Positions 37,278 through 47,668 of a stretch of DNA of 64,000 nucleotides are shown here, piece by piece. Numbering within the stretch: position 1 is the stretch's first letter; each line of letters starts with the position of its first letter. Origin of the DNA: an uncultured virus (IMG/VR IMGVR_UViG_3300016472_001133) (Duplodnaviria; Heunggongvirae; Uroviricota; Caudoviricetes). The stretch is taken from IMG/VR virus record IMGVR_UViG_3300016472_001133; one strand, 5' to 3'. The translations under genes were made by a program, and so were the position numbers. The notes beneath the pieces were generated by a model. That model saw nothing but the letters and a program-made list of their open reading frames with translations. It was not told the DNA's origin and searched no databases.

Positions 37278-38531
37278 ATGATGATTATGAAAGATAGATT
37301 TGCAAACATTAAAAGACTTTATAACGAAACTGATGTCGAAAAGCTTCGTGGAAAGACTAGGGTCGAACATACGTTAGCCCGACTCGGCGCAGAAAGATTC
37401 TGGAAATTGATCAATGAAAAACCATACATCAATGCGCTTGGGGCATCGACTGGTGCAATGGCTGTTCAACAGGTAAAAGCCGGTCTTGAAGCAATTTATC
37501 TTTCAGGTTGGCAGGTCGCAGCAGATGCAAATTTATCAGGGAACACATATCCAGATCAGAGCCTGTATCCCGTAAACAGCGTACCTACCATCGTCAAAAG
37601 AATTAATCAAGCTCTTTTGCGTGCTGAACAGATTGAGCATGCAGAGAATCCTGATAACAATAAACATTGGATGGTTCCCATCGTCGCAGACGCAGAAGCA
37701 GGATTTGGAGGACCTCTTAATGCATATGAATTGATGAAGGCAATGATTGAGGCAGGAGCAGCGGCAGTGCATTGGGAAGACCAACTTGCTTCTGAAAAGA
37801 AGTGCGGTCATCTTGGAGGAAAAGTTCTTGTTCCAACATCACAATTTATTCGTACATTAACAGCTGCTCGTTTAGCAGCAGATGTTTGTGACGTTCCAAC
37901 AGTTATCATTGCTAGGACGGATGCAGAGTCTGCAAATCTTATTACAAGCGACGCTGATCCGTATGACCATGCTTATATCGAACCCAACAAAAGAACCCCT
38001 GAAGGATTCCATTACCTTAGCGGAACAGGAATGGAACGTTGCATCGCCCGCGGATTAGCATATGCACCTTACGCGGACATGATCTGGATGGAAACTTCAA
38101 CTCCTGATCTCGAAGAAGCAAAAACATTTGCGGAAGGAATTCATGCAAAATTCCCAGGCAAGCCATTGGCGTACAATTGTTCACCATCGTTTAACTGGAA
38201 GAAGAAGCTCGACGATGCTACCATTGCAAAGTTTCAACGTGAACTTGGAGCAATGGGTTACAAATTCCAATTCGTCACACTCGCCGGATTCCATTCATTG
38301 AATTATGGAATGTTCGAACTTTCTCGTGCTTACAAGGACAGAGGAATGGCCGCATATTCTGAACTGCAACAAGCAGAGTTTGCTTCAGAACAATTTGGAT
38401 ATACGGCTACAAAACACCAACGAGAAGTTGGGACAGGATACTTCGATGAAGTATCTAAAGTCATCACAGGTGGTACTTCATCAACATTGGCTCTAGAGCA
38501 TTCCACAGAAACCCAACAATTTTCAAAATGA
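37278..38531 (+). CDS. aceA: Isocitrate lyase
   Basis: [53 protein letters not shown]. Confidence 0.96.
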   Translation: MMIMKDRFANIKRLYNETDVEKLRGKTRVEHTLARLGAERFWKLINEKPYINALGASTGAMAVQQVKAGLEAIYLSGWQVAADANLSGNTYPDQSLYPVNSVPTIVKRINQALLRAEQIEHAENPDNNKHWMVPIVADAEAGFGGPLNAYELMKAMIEAGAAAVHWEDQLASEKKCGHLGGKVLVPTSQFIRTLTAARLAADVCDVPTVIIARTDAESANLITSDADPYDHAYIEPNKRTPEGFHYLSGTGMERCIARGLAYAPYADMIWMETSTPDLEEAKTFAEGIHAKFPGKPLAYNCSPSFNWKKKLDDATIAKFQRELGAMGYKFQFVTLAGFHSLNYGMFELSRAYKDRGMAAYSELQQAEFASEQFGYTATKHQREVGTGYFDEVSKVITGGTSSTLALEHSTETQQFSK

Positions 38532-38797
38532 ACTCAATTAAATTTATTTGTTATTCAACGTATATTTTTGCATTTTGCACTTCCATTTTGCCAAATGACC
38601 CTTTGACAAAAAATTCATCATATGATGAACCAATGATTCACCAAGAATCACAATCTGCTAATGTCGTAGAGTTTCAAGAAGCAATGCAAGATCAAAAAGA
38701 AGATTTTCTTTGTGAAAAACCCCTTTATGAACGTGAAAACCTTGAGTTAAACGATTTAGATTCTTATGATGAGAATGTTAAAGGTGATGAACCTTGA
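38528..38797 (+). CDS. Hypothetical protein
   Basis: ATGA overlap with aceA. Confidence 0.5.
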   Translation: MNSIKFICYSTYIFAFCTSILPNDPLTKNSSYDEPMIHQESQSANVVEFQEAMQDQKEDFLCEKPLYERENLELNDLDSYDENVKGDEP

Positions 38798-38924
38798 TCA
38801 ATCGAGGTAAAGAAAAGAAATTGCCTTTGATACAACCCCAAGAGACAAAAATAACTTCCCTAAAAATTCTAAAAAGTTTTTCAATAAAAATAAAAAAACT
38901 TCCATTAAATAATTTATTCATTTA

Positions 38925-39158
38925 ATGAACATTTTTTCTATAGGACAACTAGTTAAGCCTACTTTTTCTGGTAAAAGGCAATTTTATAAAATAACAGATG
39001 ATGATTTATTCATTTTGGATACTGAGTTCTCTTGTAAAGAAACAGCAATTGTCATCGGGCTTTTCAAAGAAAAAGGTCAAAAAATTAATTGGTATAAAAT
39101 TTTAACGAACTCTGGATTAACAGGATACGTTCCGAGAATATGGATTTCTAGTTTTTGA
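38925..39158 (+). CDS. Dispersed KOW/SH3-like protein
   Basis: FSIGQLVKP...KILTNSGLTGYV. Confidence 0.65.
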   Translation: MNIFSIGQLVKPTFSGKRQFYKITDDDLFILDTEFSCKETAIVIGLFKEKGQKINWYKILTNSGLTGYVPRIWISSF

Positions 39159-39197
39159 CGTTCGTCAGTAATACTTACAATCAGCGTAGGTGACGTT

Positions 39198-39359
39198 ATG
39201 ACGAGCAAACGCGAGTCTCTTTTACAAGAGATAACGGAATTAAATGAACTCATTCAAGAACTTAGAAGTCTTGGAAAAGATTTTTCTAAAGAAATAAAAC
39301 AACTAACAGATTTAATCGTCGAATTGGATGGATTAGATCAAGATAAGGAATTTAAATAA
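39198..39359 (+). CDS. Small coiled-coil protein (53 aa)
   Basis: AGGTG RBS and ATACTTA upstream. Confidence 0.5.
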   Translation: MTSKRESLLQEITELNELIQELRSLGKDFSKEIKQLTDLIVELDGLDQDKEFK

Positions 39360-39405
39360 AATAAAATTCTATCAAAAAAAATGTGCAGTTCCATGTCCAG
39401 GAGAT

Positions 39406-39654
39406 TTGGTCGTGTTACATAACATTGGCCTAATGGATTCTTTGACTCTTTGGGAGACATGGGATGACTACGATGAATCAGTTTTAGTTTTTTGGCCAAA
39501 CATAGTCGGTATTTTCAACAAAAAAGAAACAGCTATTGTTATTGAACTTTGTAACTCTAAAGACGGACACAAGGGAACAATAGGCGCAAAAGTTTGCACA
39601 GAAAAAAATATTGTTGGATGGGTTAACGTGAATTACCTTAAGAAAATAACTTAA
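39406..39654 (+). CDS. Dispersed KOW/SH3-like protein
   Basis: KETAIVIE...VGWVN; start uncertain. Confidence 0.55.
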   Translation: MVVLHNIGLMDSLTLWETWDDYDESVLVFWPNIVGIFNKKETAIVIELCNSKDGHKGTIGAKVCTEKNIVGWVNVNYLKKIT

Positions 39655-39691
39655 TATACATTTTTTTTTAATAATATACGTTTAACACATT

Positions 39692-40255
39692 ATGCCCGAA
39701 CTAGAAAGACCAGCACACAGAAATTTGTTTTTATCGCATCAAGTCGATCAAGAATCAATGAATTCTTTATCAAAAGCGATCATCGATATTAGAGAACACG
39801 ACGAATTTCTGAAAAAGCTTTATCCTCTATTTGGTTTATCATACGAACCTAAACCAATCGTAATTCATATTGATTCATACGGCGGTGCAGTGTATCAATG
39901 CTTTGGATTGCTTTCTATTATGAAAGATAAAGGAACACCGGTTGACACTATCGTGACTGGATGCGCTATGTCATGCGGGTTTATGATCGCAATTCACGGT
40001 CGTCATAGAAAAATCCATAAACATGGAACAATGATGTATCATCAAGTTAGCACGGGTACTCATGGTAAAGTCGCTGAAGTGGAAGAGGACGTCATTGAAG
40101 CGAAGCGTTTACAACAGAAAATCGAAGACATGACGCTTGAAAACACAAAGATCACAAAAGAAAGACTTGAAAAAGTTTACAAGAAAAAGCAAGACTGGTA
40201 TCTCGACGCAAAAGATTCTCTTAAATGGGGATGCGTCGATGAGTTGATCACGTGA
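39692..40255 (+). CDS. clpP: ClpP-family protease
   Basis: IDSYGGAV, AMSCG (catalytic Ser), MMYHQ (His), DWYL....WGCVD. Confidence 0.85.
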   Translation: MPELERPAHRNLFLSHQVDQESMNSLSKAIIDIREHDEFLKKLYPLFGLSYEPKPIVIHIDSYGGAVYQCFGLLSIMKDKGTPVDTIVTGCAMSCGFMIAIHGRHRKIHKHGTMMYHQVSTGTHGKVAEVEEDVIEAKRLQQKIEDMTLENTKITKERLEKVYKKKQDWYLDAKDSLKWGCVDELIT

Positions 40256-40494
40256 GTTTTCAAATAGGCGACTTAGTCACAATAGGATATAGAAGAAAAT
40301 TTCCTGTTGTGTTAAGATCAGGTCCAGGATATTCTTACTATAGAACTGACGTTCTTGAACCAGGTCAACTTGCAATTATCATAAAACAAAAAACGAAGCT
40401 AAACGATCAAAATTGGTTATGCGTATTCAACACAAGCTTAAACGCAGGATGGATTCTAGAATCAATGGTCGATCATATAGAATTTTTTGAATAA
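40252..40494 (+). CDS. Dispersed KOW/SH3-like protein
   Basis: FQIGDLVTI...AGWI. Confidence 0.65.
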   Translation: MSFQIGDLVTIGYRRKFPVVLRSGPGYSYYRTDVLEPGQLAIIIKQKTKLNDQNWLCVFNTSLNAGWILESMVDHIEFFE

Positions 40495-40514
40495 TTCATT
40501 ACATAAATCATCAT

Positions 40515-41402
40515 ATGAATTTTAAAATCATTTTTTCGCAAATTCTATCATTACAAGTTTGTGATGAATATTGCCAACATATCGGTTCTCCAACCAACGA
40601 GTGGGACTTCATCGACAAAAAATACTGGATCGTAGCAAATGACCCGGGCCTATCCCCCAAGGGGTCCATCAATTGTCCGGGTGGAGACATGATAGAGGTC
40701 AACGGCAAGATGCGTGTAAACTCTAATCCAAACCCATACGCGTTCAACACCATCGAAACCCTACAAAAAGTTACTTGTACCAGATGGATAGAAAGAAACT
40801 TTCCTGAACGGTGCGCGGCTTTTGATCAACAGAGGTGGGAAAAGAGCAGAGATGAATTTCCACAGAAAGACATGAGCTTTTGCATCGACCCATACGAATG
40901 GCCCAATAAAGGCGGAGCCGCACCTTGGATCATGGTAACGTGGGATGAATCACAAAAGTTATGCGAGTCTAGAGGCAAAAGATTGTGCACAGAAGATGAA
41001 TGGACTTTTGCTTGCGAAGGAGAAGAAGCGCTTCCCTTTCCGAATGGTTACATAAGAGATCCTCAAAAATGTAACATAGACAGACAGTGGTTCGAATACG
41101 ACACCCGCCGCATGTTTCCGAGGGGGACAAGGGACAGTGGAGAGGAACTACAAAAATTATGGCAAGGTCATCTATCAGGATCTGACCCGCAGTGTATGAG
41201 TCCATTCGGGGTCCATGACATGATTGGTAATGTTGATGAATGGACAGTGGCAACAAGGCCCGGTAAGTATCCTTCAATTCTCAAAGGAGGATATTGGGGT
41301 CCTGTTCGAACTCGATGTCGTCCTGCGACCCGTAACCATGGCCCAGGTCATGCATTCTACCAACAAGGGTTTAGATGTTGTGCTGATACAATCAAAGACT
41401 AA
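40515..41402 (+). CDS. FGE-sulfatase / SUMF1-like domain protein
   Basis: FCIDPYE, RLCTEDEWTFAC, SPFGVHDMIGNVDEW, KGGYW, GFRCC. Confidence 0.88.
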   Translation: MNFKIIFSQILSLQVCDEYCQHIGSPTNEWDFIDKKYWIVANDPGLSPKGSINCPGGDMIEVNGKMRVNSNPNPYAFNTIETLQKVTCTRWIERNFPERCAAFDQQRWEKSRDEFPQKDMSFCIDPYEWPNKGGAAPWIMVTWDESQKLCESRGKRLCTEDEWTFACEGEEALPFPNGYIRDPQKCNIDRQWFEYDTRRMFPRGTRDSGEELQKLWQGHLSGSDPQCMSPFGVHDMIGNVDEWTVATRPGKYPSILKGGYWGPVRTRCRPATRNHGPGHAFYQQGFRCCADTIKD

Positions 41403-41417
41403 ATTTAGCTATGCTTT

Positions 41418-41457
41418 TCCTCTTAGATCCTCTTAGATCCTCTTAGATCCTCTTAGA
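41418..41457. repeat. 10-bp tandem repeat (TCCTCTTAGA)x4
   Basis: Read directly; overlaps the stop of 41433-42419. Confidence 0.9.
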
Positions 41458-42419
41458 GGAACTTTAAATTTTGGCTTGCCTTGTGATATTCTAGAGATTT
41501 TAATCTTGTCTCCATAAGGATAACGAAGGACCATAAATCCTTTTTCGTTAACAAGAATAACTCCTGTAACATCAAAAACGTTATCTGGGCTTATTCCGTT
41601 CCATTTAGAATCTAACAATGATGGATCAGCAAAAACAGGACTGTTTAAAACAGATAGCGCTTCAGCGATGGCGGAGATATCTCCCAAGTTAGAAGAAGAT
41701 TCATCTTGTTCCATCCCAAGCAGCTTAGATATCTTTAACATGTTTGTAGGAGTAACTTGATACTTCTTTTTGTTAACAACGATTGTTAAAAGATTTCCTT
41801 GCGTTTTTTTGATCAGTTTAGAAGCTGCTTCTACGGCTTTCTTCGCTGAAATGAATCTTTCAGAATTTATTTCTCCGCTTTGAATAAGCTCGTAGTTTGT
41901 TTTTCCTTTTTCGTCTTTCTTAAAGTTTATGAATGATTCAATCTCATCATAAAGACCTTTTGATTCGCTGTTCTTGGTTATCTCTTTGACGCCAGGAAAA
42001 TTTACAAACTCATAGAGCTCATCACACGCGGTCACTAAAATTTTCATAAGTGGTGCTACGGCAGATGTACCTTCAGTACCAGGTCGAATATTTCCTTCCG
42101 CGTCTGGAGCTTTTACCTCCCAGACTCCCGCAAGGGGTCCAGATGAAAACTCTAAATCGAATGACACGTTCTGCCCCTGAACTTCTCCACCAAATATGTC
42201 AGCTAGCCTGTCTTCTCCCGGGCCGACGCCGGACCGGCCAACAAGAGGAACTTTACTAGGAAAATCTTGCCAAAGATTTAAATTATCAAAGCTGACCTTT
42301 GAAACTTTTTTTATAGCGGCCGAAGGGCTGGATGTAACTTTCTTTGTAGAGTCTTTTTCCATGAGCACACCAGGAGCCTCTATGAGGATTTTAATATATC
42401 TTTTTAGAAGATTTTCCAT
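41433..42419 (-). CDS. Putative PD-(D/E)xK nuclease-like protein
   Basis: GPGE...SFDL...WEVK. Confidence 0.5.
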   Translation of the reverse strand: MENLLKRYIKILIEAPGVLMEKDSTKKVTSSPSAAIKKVSKVSFDNLNLWQDFPSKVPLVGRSGVGPGEDRLADIFGGEVQGQNVSFDLEFSSGPLAGVWEVKAPDAEGNIRPGTEGTSAVAPLMKILVTACDELYEFVNFPGVKEITKNSESKGLYDEIESFINFKKDEKGKTNYELIQSGEINSERFISAKKAVEAASKLIKKTQGNLLTIVVNKKKYQVTPTNMLKISKLLGMEQDESSSNLGDISAIAEALSVLNSPVFADPSLLDSKWNGISPDNVFDVTGVILVNEKGFMVLRYPYGDKIKISRISQGKPKFKVPLRGSKRI

Positions 42420-42422
42420 TTT

Positions 42423-43625
42423 TTACCTACGATATCTAAATATTCCCAAGATTTGATTTGCTGCGCTAAAGCTTCCGGTAAATTTATAAGCATTTCCCTT
42501 ATAAATAAACACGACTCCTTCAACTGGGGATGTTATATCGCTGACCGAACCAAGCTTCTCTAGTTGCTTGTTGAGAATAGTCATAGCGTTTTCATCTCCT
42601 GATGACTGGATCATGGCGACGGCTTTTTCTACCTCTGACCTGAGCCTCATCACTTCTGCATCCGTGTCATCTATCAAAGTAGACTTGAGACCTTTCAACA
42701 ATTCAACCGCAAAATCATTGATTGCAAGTTCGACCGGTCGTACATAGTCCTTCAACCTTGTAGGACATTCTTTTACAAAATCGTTGATGGTTTCATGATC
42801 TGATTTATCTGCATTTTTTCTGATTTGGACCAGGGTCGGAGAACCAGGCTCTGCAAGACAACGTTGCACAAGCATGTCGACTACGTTGGATGGCAGTCCG
42901 AGCGATTCAGCATCTGCTTGAATGTTTTCTTTAATAAAATCTCTCATGGTTGCCGAACCGTCTAGTCCAACGGCGTCCAACGCTGCTTTGATCTTCAACA
43001 AGGTTGATTGCAGTATCGAACCATCGGAAAGTTTTTTCATCCGCACAAGGGCAGGGCCCCTTACCTTCCAATCATTGGAAGAAACAGCCTTTTGCATCCT
43101 ATCAATATTGTTTGTTAAAATGTCAACGCCACCGGCATCATCTTCAGTCATTTGAACATCACCGTTTTCTTCGACCTTGAAGACCGGCCATCCGTGAAAC
43201 ACTATACTGTTTGAATCATAGTTGACGACGTTTGGGTTCTTCGTGTAAATGATCTCCATTGAATACCAGTGGTTTGCGTTGGGTCCAAACACCTTCTCTT
43301 TGACCCTGTCTGGAAGCGTCGACAACGCGCCATTCAAAACTTTAAAAGCAGAATTAAAAGCGTCTGTCAAATTACCTCTACCGGCAAACTTTGAAGCCAA
43401 AGATTCAGAATCCATTCCTCCACGTTTAATGTCTCCCCCAGATCGGGCAACCTTTAAGATGCCCCCAGAAACGTCCCAAGAAAAAACGAGGTTAAGACCA
43501 TCTAACTTTTCTGAAACTTTTTTTAGATTTCCTGAAGCAGCGGCCGTGAGAATGTCCTCAATCTCATTGAATGTGAGATCACGATTGTCATACAAATGTT
43601 GCAGATGTCCAACGGCACCTCCCAT
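42423..43625 (-). CDS. Ligase-like covalent nucleotidyltransferase-fold protein
   Basis: SEKLDG (KxDG), EGVVF, YKFTG. Confidence 0.55.
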   Translation of the reverse strand: MGGAVGHLQHLYDNRDLTFNEIEDILTAAASGNLKKVSEKLDGLNLVFSWDVSGGILKVARSGGDIKRGGMDSESLASKFAGRGNLTDAFNSAFKVLNGALSTLPDRVKEKVFGPNANHWYSMEIIYTKNPNVVNYDSNSIVFHGWPVFKVEENGDVQMTEDDAGGVDILTNNIDRMQKAVSSNDWKVRGPALVRMKKLSDGSILQSTLLKIKAALDAVGLDGSATMRDFIKENIQADAESLGLPSNVVDMLVQRCLAEPGSPTLVQIRKNADKSDHETINDFVKECPTRLKDYVRPVELAINDFAVELLKGLKSTLIDDTDAEVMRLRSEVEKAVAMIQSSGDENAMTILNKQLEKLGSVSDITSPVEGVVFIYKGNAYKFTGSFSAANQILGIFRYRR

Positions 43626-43626
43626 G

Positions 43627-43929
43627 TCAAGCCTCTTCTTTTTCGTTCAACGCTTTTACTTGAGCTTTTCTTTTTGCAGATTTTAATTCAGCTCTAAGCC
43701 TGGATTCAACTTTTGCCCATTCAGCTCGTCGAGCAGAACCTTTGCTTTCTCTAGATTTTCTTCTAGAAATTTCTTCAATCTGTTCTTCTAAATCTTTGAT
43801 GTGATCATCAGATCCCCATTCAGAAATTCTGCCTCCTGACAAGTATGCTTGTTTGGCACGACTCTCATTGAGAATTGTAAGTTTTATAAATTCATACAAA
43901 GCAGGAGTTATCATGGCATCTTTCCTCAT
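43627..43929 (-). CDS. Hypothetical protein
   Basis: Coupled ORF. Confidence 0.65.
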   Translation of the reverse strand: MRKDAMITPALYEFIKLTILNESRAKQAYLSGGRISEWGSDDHIKDLEEQIEEISRRKSRESKGSARRAEWAKVESRLRAELKSAKRKAQVKALNEKEEA

Positions 43930-44117
43930 TGTCTATCTAGTGCACCTTTAAATGCACCATAAATATACATTCTGATGTGATCATCATCAACGTCAGAAGC
44001 TGATGTCAAATTAAAATGATCTTTAACTTTTTCTAAAAACCCAGGAAAGATTGAAACTTCTAAAGTGTTTCCGTTTGGAAGCTTAATGAACTTAACGTCT
44101 TGTATATCCATACACAT
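43926..44117 (-). CDS. Hypothetical protein
   Basis: ORF. Confidence 0.6.
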   Translation of the reverse strand: MCMDIQDVKFIKLPNGNTLEVSIFPGFLEKVKDHFNLTSASDVDDDHIRMYIYGAFKGALDRQ

Positions 44118-44142
44118 GAATATACACCAAAAACATTAAAAT

Positions 44143-44643
44143 TTACTTTTTCTTTGGCTCAATTGGAACAGGAGGAGATGTGTCTTCTTTAGGTTTTTTG
44201 CCTGAAGGTCCTTCTGATTCTGGCTTTTTAATGACGACTGGTTTAACGGAAACCTTTTGTGAGGTAGGTTTCTTTTCCATTTTTACATTTCCAGGAAAAT
44301 CGCTGGGTTCAGTGGCTTTTTCGCCTTCAACTTCGCCTGTGACGACTTGCGCAATTCCCTTTAAAAACGCAAACAATGCTGTTTTTTCTGCATCATCTAA
44401 ATCATTTAGATAAGCTTGCATTGCTGCTTTTATTTCTTCACTCTTAAATGATTTTCCAGATCTTATTGTGTTAAGTTTATCAATGACTTCTTCGACAGAA
44501 ACATCGCCCGTTTTTAAAGCTTCTTTTTCTTCTTCTTGCTCATTGATTAATGATTTCTTTGAATTAAGAGATTCTTTGATTACGCTGTTTAAAAAATCTT
44601 TTAAATCAACTTTAGTAGTGATTACATCTCTCTTAAACATCAT
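44143..44643 (-). CDS. Hypothetical protein
   Basis: 166-aa ORF. Confidence 0.75.
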   Translation of the reverse strand: MMFKRDVITTKVDLKDFLNSVIKESLNSKKSLINEQEEEKEALKTGDVSVEEVIDKLNTIRSGKSFKSEEIKAAMQAYLNDLDDAEKTALFAFLKGIAQVVTGEVEGEKATEPSDFPGNVKMEKKPTSQKVSVKPVVIKKPESEGPSGKKPKEDTSPPVPIEPKKK

Positions 44644-44819
44644 GTCACCTTTACGTACTTAATGCGGTTAGCTGCTTTTTCGATATAACGCTTTACGTAT
44701 TCACGAGAAGGAGTTTCTTCAGCAAGAACAGGCTGTTGTTTGGATTCTTTGATTAGAATATCATCCATGAATTTATCGAACGTAAATGTAACATCATCAT
44801 TTTCATTATCTTGCGACAT
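44640..44819 (-). CDS. Small hypothetical protein (59 aa, MSQDNENDD...)
   Basis: AGGAG RBS; ATGA overlap with downstream gene. Confidence 0.6.
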   Translation of the reverse strand: MSQDNENDDVTFTFDKFMDDILIKESKQQPVLAEETPSREYVKRYIEKAANRIKYVKVT

Positions 44820-44865
44820 GATTAACTCCTTTTAATAAATAGGAAGCACGAGAAAAAAGATTACT

Positions 44866-45240
44866 TTAAGAATTTTTCATTAAATTTAAAGACAATAAGC
44901 AGGTTTTATCTTTCAAATTAACTATTTTTAACGCAGCTGTCGTAACTTTAAATGATCCTTCGAATGAAGAACTTGAATCTTGATAAATTAAATTAATTTC
45001 TTTAATTGAAATTTCATTATAATTTCTAATAATTTCTAAAGAATGCTCTAAATTTGCGATGCATTCAATAGAAAGATTTTCTCCTACAGATATTTGAGTT
45101 AGAGGAAAAACAAAAGCTAAATCAGCTTTTGATGTCTTATAAGAAATAAAAAATTTATCTTGTTGAAACTGATCATCAAAATCAGGAATTATGCCTAACA
45201 ATTCCTGACTCATCATTAATTTATTGTCGTCTTCAATCAT
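44866..45240 (-). CDS. Hypothetical protein
   Basis: ORF. Confidence 0.6.
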   Translation of the reverse strand: MIEDDNKLMMSQELLGIIPDFDDQFQQDKFFISYKTSKADLAFVFPLTQISVGENLSIECIANLEHSLEIIRNYNEISIKEINLIYQDSSSSFEGSFKVTTAALKIVNLKDKTCLLSLNLMKNS

Positions 45241-45604
45241 TAGTAGATTTATACACTAAATCTCTTCTGACTGTATCGGCATATTTTGCGTATTCTTTAT
45301 CAAGTTCTGTTACTTTTTCTACGTCTTTAGTTAATAAAGATATTTTAACTTCAAGTTCATCAATTTCAAAAGAACCATGATGGCCTAATTGAGTTTCATA
45401 TTCAAGCATCGATTTAATAAATCGATTTCTGTCATCATAAGATTCAAACATAAATTTTTTGCTAAGCTTATGTTCTTTGTTAACTTTCCATTTTTCTATT
45501 GCAATAATAGGCTTATCTGGATTTGAAACTTTTATAGGAATGCCTGAGACTATTGGTCTAATTGATCTTTCAATAAATTCTTTATTTAAATCGACTAATT
45601 TCAT
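45233..45604 (-). CDS. Pterin-4a-carbinolamine dehydratase-like protein
   Basis: LSKKFMF...GHHG...VTELD...AKYAD. Confidence 0.7.
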   Translation of the reverse strand: MKLVDLNKEFIERSIRPIVSGIPIKVSNPDKPIIAIEKWKVNKEHKLSKKFMFESYDDRNRFIKSMLEYETQLGHHGSFEIDELEVKISLLTKDVEKVTELDKEYAKYADTVRRDLVYKSTND

Positions 45605-46359
45605 AATAAAACGACTCCGCCAACGACGGCAGATTCCGTAAACGATGATCCATTTGACCAAACTTTACGATTCTTATCGATTATGCAAGATCCGCCCTTG
45701 AAAAACAAATCTCTTTCTTTTCCAACTCTATTAGAAACAATTACATTCGAACAAGTTTCTTCAGCAAGATCAACCCAATTGTTATCGGGATATCCGTAGT
45801 CCCCGCTCCAGTTTGTTAATAACGCTAAAGTATCGATAGATCCTTTCTTATAAAATCTATGATTTTCGTTATGGAACTTATAAGAATTTCTATAGTTATT
45901 CATTGCATCTCTACAAACAAGAGCGCCTAATCTTCCTGCTCGAGTAATAGCAATGGGACTCATTGAGTCTGCTGGCGTTGCCCACAAATAATCACTTCCC
46001 CATAAATTATGCTTTTGAGAATTTCCGACTAGTCCCGTCGGTCCAATTATTGCTGCAGAATTATATAAATTTCCTTCTTTTAATTCCACATACCCAAGAA
46101 CAATATGACAATTATAATTTTCAGCGATATTTTTGAACGCTTGCGTTTGATAACCATCTCGTTGTTGAGCACATTCCATTGCTTCTGAAGCATTTCTTAA
46201 AACGTAACCACTTATGCATAATTCAGGTAATACGATTACGCATGCACCTTTAGCAGCCGCTTCATGGACTAGCTGTACAGCTGTACCAAGATTTTCATGA
46301 ACCTTCAAAATTTTAGGTTCATATTGAATCGCGGCTACTATGGCTTTTGTTTGATTCAT
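45601..46359 (-). CDS. Carbon-nitrogen hydrolase (nitrilase superfamily)
   Basis: VLPEL, LYNSA, QKHNL, LVCRD (E-K-C triad). Confidence 0.88.
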   Translation of the reverse strand: MNQTKAIVAAIQYEPKILKVHENLGTAVQLVHEAAAKGACVIVLPELCISGYVLRNASEAMECAQQRDGYQTQAFKNIAENYNCHIVLGYVELKEGNLYNSAAIIGPTGLVGNSQKHNLWGSDYLWATPADSMSPIAITRAGRLGALVCRDAMNNYRNSYKFHNENHRFYKKGSIDTLALLTNWSGDYGYPDNNWVDLAEETCSNVIVSNRVGKERDLFFKGGSCIIDKNRKVWSNGSSFTESAVVGGVVLL

Positions 46360-46362
46360 GTT

Positions 46363-47217
46363 TCACTCTTCTGAAGCTTCTGATTCTTTTTCTTTACGAG
46401 CTTTTTTAAGAGCCTTATCCAAAAATTCTCTAAACCCGTCAAGTTCTCTTACAATATCTGGGTTGTCTTTTAATAATTTGACCTCTGAATCATCAATTTC
46501 GCCTGTGCTCTTCAAAACATCAATATAGTCATTCATGTTTTGAAGGACAAGAATCTCTAATTCATCTGGTTGGAACATGTCCATTTTCATGACAAACTTA
46601 GCTTTTGCCAAAGCCTTTTCCACAGCTTGTTTTGCACCAGATTCTGCTGCAAATCCTAATTCTTTCGCAATTTCCTTAAAAGACGCTCCGCCGACGTCAG
46701 ACATCATTACGTTTTTGCGAGAACGACCTTCTTCTGGTTCATCTGAGCTAACAAATTCTTCATCATCTCTCAAAGTAGAAAGAGTTTTTTGTAGTCCGCT
46801 CTTTGCTTTTTCAAATCTTTGCATGTATTCTGACCCATGAACTCCTGCTGGTATTTTTTTCACAGGAGGCATAGGAGCCTCTTCAAGATTAGTTTGTGCT
46901 TCTAATAATGTTTTTCTAACGATTGCGCGGATTGATTCTTCAACATTTGAGTTCTTCATTTCATCTTCCTTTTCTTTCATAGCGTCTTGAACAGTGACGT
47001 AGATGTCGGCTGCAATTTGATCATCGATTGAATTTACTAAAACCCTAAGAGCAGACATAAGTTCTGCCTTATTTGATGGCAAAAAATTTATATTTGAAGG
47101 ATCTGTTTCCGCAGCTGAAGGATCCACGACTGGATTTACATTAACTGGGGATTCTGAATCCATCATTTCTTTTAGTAATTCTCTTAATGATGATTCTGTT
47201 ATTAATACTTGACGCAT
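46363..47217 (-). CDS. Hypothetical protein with HTH-like segment
   Basis: ASFKEIAKELGF. Confidence 0.7.
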   Translation of the reverse strand: MRQVLITESSLRELLKEMMDSESPVNVNPVVDPSAAETDPSNINFLPSNKAELMSALRVLVNSIDDQIAADIYVTVQDAMKEKEDEMKNSNVEESIRAIVRKTLLEAQTNLEEAPMPPVKKIPAGVHGSEYMQRFEKAKSGLQKTLSTLRDDEEFVSSDEPEEGRSRKNVMMSDVGGASFKEIAKELGFAAESGAKQAVEKALAKAKFVMKMDMFQPDELEILVLQNMNDYIDVLKSTGEIDDSEVKLLKDNPDIVRELDGFREFLDKALKKARKEKESEASEE

Positions 47218-47238
47218 GTTGAATGTCGATAAGTATTA

Positions 47239-47637
47239 TTAAGCAATGTCATTTTTTTGAGAAACATTATACTTTGCATCAGTAAGCCTTCTACCGAAGT
47301 ATAATGATAATGCTGGAATGAAATACGCCATGGCTGCAGACACATCGAATGGGCGTAAAGCAACTGAGCCGATTTTCTCAAATGCTGATCCTAAATAAAT
47401 TACTGTCGTTACTAAAAATGATATTGAAGCAAATGTCACCGAAACAGATTGAGTGCCTTTATCATTTCTCATCCACCACCATGGAACTTTAGATCCGCGT
47501 TTAACATCTTTATCATGCTTTGCTTCAGAATGTTTGTGATCTTTAGCTTCTTCAACTTTTTTTACTTGTTCTGTTGCTTGTTCGACAGGTTGTTCTGTTG
47601 GTATAACTTTTTTGTTTTCTTGCGCTTTTCTTGGCAT
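47239..47637 (-). CDS. 2-TM membrane protein (holin-like)
   Basis: Two hydrophobic helices, YFGRR tail. Confidence 0.55.
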   Translation of the reverse strand: MPRKAQENKKVIPTEQPVEQATEQVKKVEEAKDHKHSEAKHDKDVKRGSKVPWWWMRNDKGTQSVSVTFASISFLVTTVIYLGSAFEKIGSVALRPFDVSAAMAYFIPALSLYFGRRLTDAKYNVSQKNDIA

Positions 47638-47668
47638 AATTCACCTTTATGATTGACAAGCTTATTTA

